Shown here in pieces: positions 1-13,463 of a stretch of 64,000 nucleotides of DNA. A model generated the notes under the pieces. The model was not told where the DNA came from. It searched no databases and saw nothing but the letters and a program-made list of their open reading frames with translations. Positions within the stretch are counted from its first letter, which is position 1; each line of letters begins with the position of its first letter. The stretch comes from Bugula neritina (lineage: Eukaryota > Animalia > Bryozoa). The stretch is from NCBI GenBank assembly GCA_964035545.1, contig OZ037769.1:3267929-3331928 (forward strand), written 5' to 3'. Made by a program: the position numbers and the translations under genes.

Positions 1-29
1 TAACAAATTTAAAATATTAACTAATAACC

Positions 30-1020
30 AATAATATAAGCAATAAAATAGCTACAATAATAATATACAACTGTGATTTGAAATACCAATTACCAATGCT
101 GATTGTAATAATAGTAAGATTAAGTTTAACATCATATGTGATCATAATGACATCTTGACAAATACTGACGGTTAAAAACTATATAATATTATTAATATTT
201 CTGAATTTACATCATCGCTGCGGTTGGAAGGACTATCACTATCACTTTACCACTACTAGTATAACTATGAGTGTAAGTATTAGTATTATTATTACAGTTA
301 GACTGTCAGTGTCATCATCATCAAGACTATCATAAAAGTTCAATGATCACTATGAGTATGAGTATGAGTATCACCATCACTAAGTGATTATAATTAATAT
401 TCTAAGTATGACTATGAGTATGACATTGACAGTCTCATAAAAATAAAATTAAATACTCAAACTTTAATCTTGATCTTTAACTTGAAGTTTATACATATTG
501 ATATCAAACCTACAAAACTAAAAGCTTAAAACTCAAAGTAAAACTAAAATTAATTGTAAAATTAAAAGTCAATCATTAACACTAACAGCCATTTTTATCT
601 TATTTTTTATTTCTAGTTCTACACTTCGACTTCTAGTTCTTTATTTTGAAACCAAAACATATAAACTATAAAGTTAAATACTTATACCATAACATTAAGT
701 TCAACTACAACTAATAGTAATAGCATTAGTATAACTATAAGTATAACTTAAAGGAAAACTTAAACTTACAGTAAAACCTAAACTATGAGTATGACATTTA
801 CTATGAGTATGATAATGATAGTGATACACTAGAAGTACTACTACTAGTAGTAGTACTGGTAGAACTAAATCAAAAAGTAAAATTATAACCTTAAAACAAT
901 CATTATTATAGACTATTGTAAACTATTAGCCCAAATTGAAATACAAATTTCTTAATCCTCTTACAGTTACTATTAATTCTACATTAGCGTGAAAGCTAGG
1001 ACTTACAACCTTGAAGTATA
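30..1020. promoter_or_regulatory. 6-bp periodic (ANNNTN) promoter-flanking block A, upstream of POLR2C (possibly intron 1 of a divergent minus-strand gene)
   Basis: In-phase runs such as ACTATG AGTATG AGTATG AGTATC ACCATC (349-378) and AGTATG ACTATG AGTATG ACATTG ACAGTC (405-434). Boundaries approximate; regulatory role inferred from position. Confidence 0.55.
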
Positions 1021-1461
1021 ACAAAGGTATTTGTAAACTACTAAATATGTTATTTACTTTTACTTTTAGCATCAAATCATTCACATCAAATTCAATCACA
1101 TGATCTTTAAATAGCTGGGCTTTGAGTTGTTTGCCAAAGAATTGGTTCGAAGCTTAATATCAGCAGTCTTTTTCTAAATTAAGCTGCGACTATTAGCCCC
1201 CGTTGATAGAACCTAGCGACTTCAGCGATATTTTGCTATCATTTGAAATCTTTTCTTAGCCTTTAGCAAACAAGTCATACATATAACATCCGGCGCAAAT
1301 GTGCACTAAACACAGTTTTTGAAAAGCTGAGGACCAAGTGTAAAATCTCATACAAAAAGTTTGAACTATTTACTTATTTATTTTACAGTTTAGAACAATA
1401 ACTAAATATATGTAAAAACTGCTGTTTCATTTGTCTGAAGAAGCGTTTTACCGTCACGGTC

Positions 1462-4400
1462 ATGCCATATGCAAATCAGCCCACGGTTACGATTAGCGAA
1501 TTGAATGAAGAAAATCTCAAGTTTGTTTTGGAAGACACTGATCTGAGGTATAGGCGGTAGCTATCATTTCTTAGAAGAGATATTTTTAATCTCGTTTTTA
1601 TGTTTTTATTTAGAAAGCTACTATAAATGGTTATCATGATAATATTCTGACCTACGTTTGCCTAGTACTTCGACTTGTATAGTTTGAGTTAGTGTTACTG
1701 TTACTCACTTACTGCTAGTGTTCGTGAGTTACACTAACACTTAGTTTTACTGTTAGAGTTAGTGTTACAGTTGCACTGTTGCAGTTGTAGAGGTTAAACT
1801 TAAATCGATTTTAGTTAAGTTTTCATTAAAATAGTTTATGTTTTAGTTTCACTTATGCTTAAAGTTAAAGTTTATCCGTCACATTGAGTTTGACATTTCC
1901 ATTGTGATTGATCATTGATAAATTGACATTTTGATTCAATTATGCTTTAATTTTAGTTGATTTGTATTACGGATTTCGTATTACCGACACTGACAGTGAT
2001 TACTGTCGGTGCCACTACCCACTTGTAGTTGTCACTGCGAGTGTGGCGATCACACCCAATTACGAGTATTAATAATAAATAAGATTATAAGTATTGAAAA
2101 TAGTATAGCTATGCTGATGCATCTCAACGACTACTGTCATTATGTTAGTATCACAATCAGTATGTAGCATATATGCATGGTTAATTACCTAAAAGCTAAA
2201 GCTTTTAGGCTTAACTAGTAGACTAAAAATCATATTCACATTGCTCAGATTTTCGACGAGACAGTTTAATTTACTAGAAACTAATAAATTTTGTTGATAA
2301 CTAAATCTAACATTCAAATTTTTAATCCATTTTCATTCAATGTTTTTAAGATTTTTGAGTTTTTTCACCAAAAGTTTCTAATTATATTTCAAACATGTAT
2401 GTCTACAAAAAGACTGCTTAGTGAGTTATTCTTTGCTCTTTGTAGTGTGGCCAATTCCATAAGAAGAATCTGCATTGCTGAAGTTCCAACTATAGGTAAC
2501 TAGTTGATACTATAGGTAACTAGTTGATACTATAGGTAACTAGTTGCTAATATAGGTAACTGGTTGGTAAAATAGGTAACTGATCATTAATATAGATAAT
2601 AAGCTGGTAATAGAGGCAACTGGTTGACTTTTCACGTTATTTACACATGTATATAATTTTAAATAATTCAACACTCTTGGAGTTATAACAAAATTTTACA
2701 ACAATGTTCTGGTTTATAAATTGCGATCATTGTGTCTATATTCAGATAATAATGATGTATGCTAAAATAATTTGCAGCAATTGATTGGATACAGATTGAA
2801 GCCAACTCTTCAGTTCTTCAAGATGACTTTCTCGCTCACAGAGTCGGTCTAATACCTTTGACCTGTGATGATGTGGTTGATCAGATGTCTTACTTCAGAG
2901 TATGTCATTAGTCGGACATTCAATAAAGCTTTTTACTCACTTGGAAAAACTTATCACTCAACTCTCAACCTGCTGATTCTCGTAAAAACAGCTTCTGAAA
3001 GTTGCAATGTACTAGTTTAATATTTTCATCCAAGTTTCTCACAAATTTCTCTGTTTGGAATTTACTGTTGTCTATTACTAAGCCCACAATGTATAGCTTG
3101 TGCTGAGCTTGCTGCAGACGTCTGTATAACAGATTAAATTGCATCATACTGTGACAGGACTGCACATGTGACGAGTTTTGCCCTGACTGCTCAGTCGAGT
3201 TTACTCTGGAAGTCAAATGTACTGACGATGAAACTCGGCCTGTCACCACCGCCGATCTTATCTCCAGTAATCCGAAAGTTGTGCCGGTGACCTCAAAACA
3301 GGAAGACGAGTTACAGGAAGTTGAAGGTAGCTGTCTGCGGCTTGCTATACTCTTATTGGTCACGTCTTTTTGTTAGTTTTCAACAAAATTTAAATAATTT
3401 TGTCTTCATAATATTTGGGTCATTTTACTTAATTTAGTACACACTGGAAATCTCTAGTTTTTAGCTATTTTTCAAAATTTAGCTGCTAATGAACAAGGGC
3501 TTTTGCCCAAAACTAGTGAAATATCAATAAATGCACCTAAATAATCAAGGTTCTTCTTAATTTTGCTTGATATCCCATGCTGTTTCCTATTTATTTAGCT
3601 GACGGTCCACAATCGAAAGTAGCTGAATAATTAGAAAAAAACATGAAAAATCAAGCAAAATTAAGAAGAACCTTGATTATTTAGGTGTATTTATTGATAT
3701 TTTACTAGTTTTGGGCAAAAACTCTTGTTTATTAGCAGCTAAATTGTGAAAAATAGCTAAAAACTGGAGATTTCCAGTGTGTATTAAATTAAGTAAAATG
3801 ACTCATTTACAGTATGATTTTGTAGACATACTGATTGTAAAGTTGCGTAAGGGTCAAGAGGTGAAATTTAGAGCATTTGGTAGAAAAGGATTTGCTAAAG
3901 AGCATGCAAAATGGAATCCAACGGCTGGGGTAGCTTTTGAATACGACCCAGACAATGCCCTTCGTCATACCACCTTGCCTATACCAGCCGAATGGTGAGT
4001 TGCCCCCTCTTTTGATGATTATAAAGTGTGCACTTCGCTCAATTCCGTATGATGTTACAATGTGTATACTATATTCCAAAATTATAAACATTATTGTAAT
4101 AAAATTTTCTTTAGTTGACATATATTACTTTAAATCAGAAGAAAAACTCTTGAAAAACGCTATTAGCAGCAAAACAAATTTAAAATGGTTATTGAGTGAT
4201 GATGTACGGCCATAAATAGGCAGATTAATGCTTCTTAGCTAAGCTGTTGTCTAATTTTTATAATATTTAGTTATATATCATCATCAGATGACGATGGTGA
4301 TGATAGTGTACCCTGTACCTTTGACCTGGGAAAGATTTCAGTGTAAAGTTGTTTTATTCATTAAACATTATTTGATGAGTTTTAAAACCCATTACATTAA

Positions 4401-4877
4401 ATACAGGATACATACATATGTTCTATTTCTGAATTGAAAAATGAAGATCAACTTGAATATGTAAATCCAATATATATGCAGCTACATCCGTGAAAAAATA
4501 TAGAATTTACAACATTGTCATAAATGTTGGCCGAGTGTTGAAATCTTCTCCACTGGTTAAATATATCCATGTAGAGGTCTTTGGCATTAGTTTGAAAAAT
4601 GATGTAGCTGCAATGTGCCATGGTGTACAGCAGTTCTACTGCTCATTAGCCTTTCGTTCCTCTCAGGCCCAAGAGTGAGTACAGTGAACTGGATGAGGAT
4701 GTACACGAGGCACCGTATGATCCTTCCGGTAAACCAAACAAGTTCTTCCTCAACATCGAGAGTGTCGGGGCGCTGCAGCCCGATAACATCCTCCTCTCAG
4801 CTTTGGCCGTCTTCAAGAAAAAACTCTCCGATCTTCAAACTCAGCTCAGTCACGAAATGCATACTGACACTTTCTAA
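1462..4877 (+). CDS. POLR2C: DNA-directed RNA polymerase II subunit RPB3
   Basis: Six phase-consistent GT-AG exons: 1462-1547, 2446-2495, 2778-2899, 3158-3326, 3826-3994, 4667-4877. Translation [76 protein letters not shown] matches RPB3. Confidence 0.97.
1665..2230. promoter_or_regulatory. 6-bp periodic block B in POLR2C intron 1
   Basis: Runs such as ACATTG AGTTTG ACATTT (1881-1898) and ACACTG ACAGTG; starts about 120 bp after the first donor (1548). Confidence 0.55.
2489..2625 (+). repeat. 20-bp tandem repeat spanning the POLR2C exon 2 donor
   Basis: TATAGGTAACTAGTTGATAC in about 7 progressively decaying copies; the first copy contains the true donor at 2496. Confidence 0.9.
3440..3781. 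mobile_element. MITE with ~130-bp terminal inverted repeats, TA flanks (POLR2C intron 4)
   Basis: CACACTGGAAATCTCTAGTTTTTAGCTATTTTTC... is mirrored by ...GAAAAATAGCTAAAAACTGGAGATTTCCAGTGTG; TA on both sides. Confidence 0.85.
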
Positions 4878-5834
4878 ACTGGAAGTGCTGATACGTTCTC
4901 AGTTGACACTTTCTAAGCTGCTATCTGCTGATACCTGCTGACACATGTACCAGCATTATTTAGACTGAGATTCTAGACTACATGCATTGCTATGGTGAAT
5001 GAAGCCCTGGAGAAGATCTCGTGGCTCTTTCAGTGTAGATCTCATTGTAACATATTTATAGAGTCCTAGTGATGTAAATACAATGTATATACTCATCTTT
5101 ATCAAATAAACACCTCCATTAAAAAGAAGATTATCCAAACACTTGTAATAGCCTTCTGAAGCATTCCCATTTTTCCTATTGATTTGGATTGATTGGTCAG
5201 GCATTTAAATATTAAATGCTTAACCATCCTAATTTGATCAAATTTCACAATCATTAGCCTGTAGGTATTGACAAATATTACCATGGCATAGCGTTCTTTG
5301 TGAACTGGCTACATGTAGGGTCATGTGCAATAATTTATCTATGTTAGATTGCTTTTCAACATGAGACTAAGTTGTAATGATCATCAATATCAATAAAGAA
5401 CAGGTGTGCTTCTGTTATGTCAATACTGCACCTACGTAATCAAAGCTTAAGGAAACTGCAGATGAAATGCCAATATTGACCCAATGCAAGTAATTGTTAA
5501 GATATCAATTGTTTTTATTCAATAACATTCAATAAAAATATTTGTTTATTATCATCACTGATGTTCATGCAATCAGTTTGCTGTGAACACAAGTTCAGTG
5601 CTTGTGTTATCTGGCAGCACTCTCTGCCTCATCCTGTTACTGCTGTCCATGGGTAAGCTGTTTATTTGTAGTGTTTATCACAGAAAAATTGAATTTGTAG
5701 AAGTGAATGTAAACAATAAACTATTTGCTACTCAAGTTTGTACCTAAAGTATCATTATTCCTTTCAAACTCATGTCTTTTTAATTCCAATGATGCAATAA
5801 GTTTGTCTTTTGGCGTGTCTCCATAATTTAGAAG

Positions 5835-8742
5835 ATGAATAGTACACCCAGGCCTGATAGCGGAGTGATCCTAGACTTTACTGATGATAATTCAGGCATG
5901 GAGGCCAACACCCCTGAGACTGGGTTAGATTCATATTGTAGGTCAGATAATCACAGCTTCAACAGGTAAATGTATAATGAAATGTTTTTCAATATGTTGG
6001 AAATTTGAGCCAGTATTATGGTATTAATGTCTTGTGTAACCTACGGCTTTAACACATCAAACAAAATTTTTTATTTAGAAAAATAGTTTCGAGGAAATTT
6101 TTCTAGAATTGCATTCAAAGCGCTAAACAGACTGTATCGTAGATAAACCAAGACTAGTTTTACTATAATATATTTGAGACTACTTATACACTTGGGGACA
6201 GTATGCACATATAGAGTGCAGTGGTGGGTTCCACTCTCTAGCCCATTATTAATATCATGTCACTTATATCTATATATTCTATGCTAACACAGTTATTGAT
6301 TGAGTATCAATAATTGAAGATGGCACTTTTCATGGCAAAGTATTTTAATAAGTTTTTTTATTGATTTTTTATAAGCTTACTGCCTCTGTGTCCTTTATAA
6401 ATATTTATTAAATGCAAAACCACATTTCTAGCCTAAAGCTTATTATGTAAAGCAATAAATGTTTAGAGAATGGGAAGAGTTGTGTCTACCCTCTATTTTT
6501 TGTATTTCAAGTGCATTTTAGTGTATCACTTTTCAGTGAAGGTGTAAAGTACCTACCTGGCAACGTTGGCCTAGCCTCATCCAATCAGATTCTATCAAGC
6601 GATGCGAATGGCAGCTCAGCAGGGGAAGGAAATGAGGCTCAAGGTGATGCCACTCTCACCTTAGCAGACGTAGCTGAATGGGCGCTGGACCTGCGGAGGC
6701 GGAGGGAACACGGGTGACTATAACTCTTCTATTCTCTTTAACTAGATCTCAACTCTTCAATCTAAACTACCACCAAGCTATATTCAGATGATTCTACAAT
6801 TGTGTATTTTCTTGCTTAGCTTTAATTCTAATAGCGAATGGTGTGATCTTTGAATTTATAACATTTCTAAATTGTTGAGTGCTACGTAGGGTTTCAAGTT
6901 GAAAGTTGATAGATTCAATTCAATAAAACGTTATGAATTGGCGCTCATTACCTAACTTTTTCAAGTCTGACAACTTTAATTTAAACATTTATTCTGCAAT
7001 CATTTGCCAATAAATGAGCTTTCTACAGGTGGCGGTTGCTAAATAGTTTTTAGTAGATGTGTCACGGTGTCCTGTAAACGTATTTGTAGTAATAAATCAG
7101 AAAGGAGCTTGAGTGTTCAACTAAACAATCGGCCCTCACTTTCTGCGACAACAAAGTGGAAATCCTCCACAGCTCTACTTAGACCTTCCACTAAACTGAG
7201 TGAAGATAACGCAGGTAAAAAGCCTTTAATGCAGTAATTGGTGAAAACTCAGAGGGTAATCTATCTGTCATATATTCATTCTCTGTATATTTATTGTGAA
7301 AATTTTCAGTAAGATAGTTGAAGTAATACATTTACAATATGCTCTTTGCTAGACTCAGCTGTTGTGATGTCTAACACTCGCGCTAAAACTCCATCTTACA
7401 CGAACAAAGATGGCGTACAGTTAAGGGGTGACAAAGGTAAGGCTCGTCAGAAGTCGGCCGGATCACATGGCAGAGGGACAACTCCTACCACGGTTAGTCG
7501 ACCCACACGTTTTCAATCCCCAACTCACGCTTGCCTGAGGTTTTGGGCATCATTTTCTGTTCAAAGCCGTACAATGCGATACCATGAATATATTTCACAA
7601 CAATGAAAATGTTATAACACACTATATTTGCATTCGTTTGAATATACTGCTCTTTAAATTTTGTAACGGGCCATAAATAGTAGCAATACTTAATACTATA
7701 TTCTTGGTAAGTTTCTTGATGCATCCGCTATTGTAGATTTTGCCTAGTGTGTCGAAATTTTTAAAACTATACAGTATGCAACAGCTGATTGGTGAGATAC
7801 TATACCTTAATACTATTATTGTCAAATTGATTGTCATAACATTTTGTTCTCAACATATGTAGGTGTCTCACGAATGGAAGAAGAGTTTTGTAGTGCCTTA
7901 TTCTCCAAGAAAGAAACCGACAAAGTTGTTACGAAAGAGTATTGAGCCCCCTCGTATCGGCTTGTTAGACCCAGATCCACTAGCAGAGAAAGACAAAGAA
8001 AAACGTAGGGCATCTTCTGCCGCCCCTAGTACATCAAATAATTATATATTTCATCACAGATTACGTAGTGAACAGGGAGAAAGACGAAGCTATTACAAGC
8101 CGAAATCTCAGCATGTGGGTAGGTATAGTAACATGTGGGTAGGTACACTAATACAATCTCAACTTGTGAGATTATTAACTACTGGGCCTGTTTTGTTAGA
8201 AGTAGCCCGGCGGGGGGGGGGGGGCAGTATCTAGAGAATACGACTTCAATTTTATGCTGCATTAAAGGTTAACTTGCTGTATGGTTGTTCTGTGATTATA
8301 AAAATAATCATCTGCTTGTAGAAATACACTATGAGTCATGTCTACCTACAGATCAATGGCTAGAAATGAAGCCTAAAAAGTTTACGAGAAATCATAAACA
8401 TGGAAATCACTTTGAAATGAGGTAATTGAAATCAGCAAGTTTGAAAATGACATTTATCTGCTAACATAAAAGACAGTAGGATTGTGATTTCGAGTTACAA
8501 CTACGTGAGCACACAACTCTAAAATATTCATGTCAACTCGGTTTAAAGTGAAGAATTGACAGTTGTTTTATACATCATAATATTCTGCTTTCGTACTGTA
8601 AAAAAAAATGTGGACATGGTTTGGTTACAGGAAGTTAAAGAAAGAGGAGACTAATCCAAATGTCAAGCCATCTAAAAAAGAAGCTTTTATTTGGGAGAAT
8701 CCTTATCAAATATGGCTGATGGAAAAGACCCATGCAGACTAG
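5835..8742 (+). CDS. Uncharacterised, largely low-complexity protein (~346 aa)
   Basis: Seven phase-consistent exons without stops: 5835-5965, 6537-6713, 7090-7214, 7353-7492, 7863-8118, 8322-8421, 8631-8742 (ends ..KKEAFIWENPYQIWLMEKTHAD*). Probable 5' UTR exon ending at 5652. No family recognised. Confidence 0.75.
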
Positions 8743-9488
8743 CGAGGAGTAGAAAGCTTATAACATATTATAGTCGGGATGAGAGCTTTAATATAATACT
8801 ATAATACAATATGCATACTTTCTATAAACTATAAGTGGGTAGTCGGCTTAAAGTGAAGTATAATTGATGTTTTTCTACCTATGAATTTGAGCTTGTACAT
8901 TAAAATATAGAGAAAACAACTCCTTTGTTTAGTTCTGGCCATCATAGCAAATAAAACATGATAATAGTCAATTTGAACTATTTCTATATTAAATATCAGT
9001 GCTAGATTACACAAAAAGTCATGATAAATTTGTGAAAAACATTCATTGACAAAACAAATATTGAAAAATGTTATGTAGACATGGCAATCGTAGAGCCAAC
9101 AAAAATATAATATTTTATAGTATTTTTACCATTCCGCATCATAAATTAGCTATAAACATTTAACAGCACAAAAATATCTCAACAGTATGGCATTGCTATG
9201 AGCAAATCCATAGTATTATATAGCATGCACAATGGAGTATTACACCCTACGTGGTATACACTAAGGAATATACATTACATAGTATACACTGCAGAGTATA
9301 TCTACAATAAATAGAATAATGTACTCCCTTATATCAACGTAGCAAAATAAAATGAGGTTCATAACTTCAATAAAAAACTTGATAATTTAGTTCGATTTCC
9401 ATAGCTTGAGAAAAAACAATAAATTTCTTCCATCACCAGTTAGTAATTGTACATTTGACCTTAAAAAAGGTTTACATGTAAAACTGTC

Positions 9489-11049
9489 TTACAACTGTAT
9501 AAGAACTTCCACAGTATTGTCTACATCTGTTTTGGGAAGCTTGGAAGCAGATACAAATGTCTCAATCTGTTCACCGTATGATGAATGAAGTTGATTAAAA
9601 CGTGACGATATAACGGCAGGCAGAGCGCTGATTGCCAAATATTGCTGAGCATCTTCATAAAACTTGGTGTGACTATGTGAGGCTGTAAAATAATGGTAGC
9701 ATTCAATGTGAGACAGTCTAGACAGGATAATGTGCAGTTTTTTTGCTATGAGAAAAATATCTGGTTAAATAAAGTGAAAACTCACACCTGAAAGCTTTAA
9801 GGAACTTGGGTAATTGTTACTGTAATTTGCTAGCCAACTACACATGACAATTTCCATTCCAATTTGTTACACCTTGTCACAATTTAAAGTGTTCAGAAAA
9901 TAATGAATAGATTAATTTAACAGTAAGATTAGGTAAGCAAAAAGCAAGGCTCACATTTCATACTTGAGGACTGAGTTTTATTAGAGATTTTAGCAGACGG
10001 CGCATGCTTCCTGCCTAGTCGAGGAGAAGTTTTATTCTTCTTACGACTAGGGACTTCGGGAAGTGGAAGCTGAGCAGAGGTAGTGAGGCTTGGAGCGACA
10101 ATTGGATTGAATGGCACCTACAGAAAGCCATTCAAAACAATGACTATAGAAAATAAACAATGAGAAGAAACCCGGGCAAAAGTGGCAACATATATTAGAT
10201 AATTTAAATTTGACTTGAAACAATTTCTCAAACTGACTAAACTCATACTAATATTGTACCAGTGAATATCAAGTATTTTTTCAAACCTAACTATGCTAAC
10301 GTTTCTTCAAATTTAGTAGATTAGTAGTTGAGAGTTTAACTGACACCATACATCTAATTAGTATTGGTCTAATCTACACAACCTGAGGGTATTGCTCTCA
10401 CCTGCCCAAACGGGTCCAGCTCAGACAGATCTTTAGCTATATCTGTATCAAAGGGGTTCTTCCTATGTTTAGTAGATTCACTAGTAGTCGTTTCAAAAGC
10501 CGAGAACAAATTCAAGTCTGTGTGAGAGTCAAAATTAACTTTTCCATGAACAGCTACCGGAGTCGCTTCACTAGAGCTCTCTACTGCGAAAGGAGATGAA
10601 CTGGGAGATGTCTTACAGTCGGCCAGTTCATTTGACAATTCAAGCGCCGTCAAGTCATCCAACTGCGACTTAAGTTCCGCAACCATCAGTCGCATATAAT
10701 CGTAGCCAGCACAAGTGATTGCTTTCATCCAGAGCTCCATAACATGTTGGCTCTCTGCCTGCAGAATGTATTTTCTTGCATTTGAAACTCCTTTAAATAA
10801 AATCTGAAATGTAAAACTGTCAGTTTGTGCGTCTGCAAGCTCTACTGTATAGCCTTCCAGAATTATCACACCGTTGGGTTCTCGGTCCGCAGGTTTGTCA
10901 AAATAGAACAATAGGTTGCCTTTGAGCACAAACCACCGTTTCTGGAAGTTCTTATTCACTTCCCCCTTTTTATACAGCCAGCCTTCTTTGGTCGTCTGAG
11001 ATGGGCAAGTTGAAAAATAAACCAGCGTTGCTTCATTCAGAAGTTTCAT
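9489..11049 (-). CDS. PHETA1: Sesquipedalian/IPIP27 PH-domain endocytic adaptor
   Basis: Exons 11049-10402, 10117-9964, 9682-9489. N-terminal PH domain (KEGWLYKKGEVNKNFQKRWFVLKGNLLFYF), coiled coil YDYMRLMVAELKSQL, C-terminal F&H motif FNQLHSSYGEQI. PHETA1/2 paralog identity not resolvable. Confidence 0.9.
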
Positions 11050-11329
11050 GTTCTAAAATAAAGTTGTCTCAAGAATTGCAGTTTACTTGAACGATTTATA
11101 AGATTTGTGATCACTAAACTGCTTTTAACACAAAGTTCAAGTTAAAAAAATTACAAAAAAAACAAAAGTAGTGGTTGATGCTCAAAATATTTAATAATTT
11201 CACAATTTTAATTACAGGAATCACTCAAAAACAAACGTTTCATGCTCATTACATTTTACAAGTTCTTTCAGTAGCATATCAATTTATTTTTGGTTATAAT
11301 TATTTTATTAATTTTTACTACAATTTGAT

Positions 11330-12150
11330 TTTTACTTAAACTTCAAAACTGTTATTCCTATTCTTATTGGTCTTGTGATACTTATTTTGACCCATACTAA
11401 TATTTTTAGTAGTACTTGTACTTGTAGCTATACTTATAGACTATAGTTATAGCCATAATGATACCTGTACTCATAATAAATAATTTAGTATCAATATGAT
11501 CATATTCATACGAATAATAAATATGAAACTCATTCTAATAGAAATAAGTATAGTATTAGTAATAACTAATAATGATGGCGATAGTCATGGGTGATGGTAA
11601 TCTTAATAGTAGCACTAAGTCTAAAACTAATAGTAATACTAATAGTAATAGTAATAGTACTACTGTAAGTGTAATAGTATAAGTAATGATAAAAACCAAG
11701 TGCATTGCTAATTTAATTAATATTAGCAATATTATTACTTATACTAATCAGTAAATGCAATTGACTTTCAGCTTTAATTTGAGTTTAAGTAAAACTAAAA
11801 CTCAACATGAACAAGCACACTCACAGCAAATCTAAATGCTAAACTTTAAAACTTCGACTATAAGTATCTTTATTGTTATACTCCTTCAAGTTCAGTCATG
11901 CATCATTGTGATTGCTATTGTCATGGTTGCCATACTCATAGTGATAGTCATTGTCACCATCAGCATCATAATCATAATCAGATTGATATTATCATAATGT
12001 TAATTAATGTGATTGCGATTATTCTGATACACTTACACTAACAGTAACAGTAACACCAACAGTTGCTCTTACACTTGAAACTAGAAGTTTGAAGATAAAC
12101 TTAAAGGGTTAGTCTTAAATTCCTGATTGAAATAAAACACAAACTTCAGC
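11330..12150. promoter_or_regulatory. 6-bp periodic block C in the 5' UTR intron of the PHETA gene
   Basis: Ten consecutive hexamers ATACTC ATAGTG ATAGTC ATTGTC ACCATC AGCATC ATAATC ATAATC AGATTG ATATTA (11932-11991). Lies between a minus-strand donor CAG|GTAGCA at 12157 and the acceptor just before the ATG. Confidence 0.6.
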
Positions 12151-13463
12151 TTGCTACCTGGTGCAATATCTAAAATCAAATTTAAAATTCCAATATGATT
12201 TGAACTTGAAGTTGTATCAACTATTCTTATTTTAAAATAATAATTATTATGTTTTATGATGTCGTTTTACTTTTTCAGTGCTTTATAATGATGAGGAGTT
12301 TTAGGAAGTAGTTGAAATTTACGAAGATATCCAAACTGCATTGCATATTTTATTACATCCGTCCCGCAAACTGTTTTCGAGTTTTCGCTTTTAGACAGCG
12401 TTTAAAGTATTTCACTTTATTGTGATTAGTCTTTATCTTAGAGTTGTCTCCCACCGAAAACTTTGTAAACGCTGCCAATAATATTATTATGAAGCACTAG
12501 CTAAAACATGATGGTACTTGGTACATCAAATTAGTGTTAAAAATGGAGGCCAATTAAATTTATAAATTTTTGTTGAAGCTTTCTAACATGGGTAATCCAT
12601 ATACTGGCGCCAGCACTAATTTCAAGTCAAAGAATATATAATACAACACCTACTTCTAGCAGTAGGCAACAAGTAATGGCCTATTATATAATATAACTTG
12701 AAATATCTATATTCAACTTTTTTGTTCAACGGTTATACAAATATTAAATTACGTTATTTTGAAAACAAAACCATAGATATACTATGGCAGAACGCTTAAC
12801 ATATAACTACTTTTTTATAGTTTAATGTTGTGACAATCTTTTCTGGCTTAATACAATATTTTGTTTAGCTCATAACCACAATTCCTTTGACAATAAATAA
12901 AAACAGTTTCGACATGTTCTATTAAATTTTGTCTACCCTTTCTTTCCGGTCAAAACTTCCAACTTGTATAAACATCCCATAGAGCTGAACTAGTCATATG
13001 CCGTACAACTTTTACGTGATTTGTGCAAAACAAAAATTAAATTATGAAATAGATTTTTTCAGAAATAGAAAAGTCAGTAACAAACTACTAAGCAGAGAAA
13101 AGATTTCAAATAATAGGATGTATATATTAAAATTGTATGATTGCAATATGTTATTATGTATATTTACAGTACGGTATATTATAAATATGCATGTGCATTA
13201 TTTTATTGTTATGATTGTTTGCCTAAATTATTCTACATAAATTCTTTTTGCAAATTAAATTTTATTGCAAAAAGTGCGCATGAAAAATAATAGTTGGCTA
13301 TTTTTACTAAATTTTCATAGTCAGTAACTATTTTAGTTTTTAAAAATATTTCTTGTTTTGAACAAAACAAAAAGCTGAGCAACTGGTAATCTGTAAAGCA
13401 ACATAGAAGATATTACAGCTAATATTACACTAAGCAATTATCATATTGTCATAATATCAATTC

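Noticed and set aside
2965-3363. 132-aa minus-strand ORF and similar ORFs opposite real exons (3807-4121, 31427-31636, 33697-34008)
   Set aside because: Antisense to POLR2C/SGF11 exons, with no independent support.
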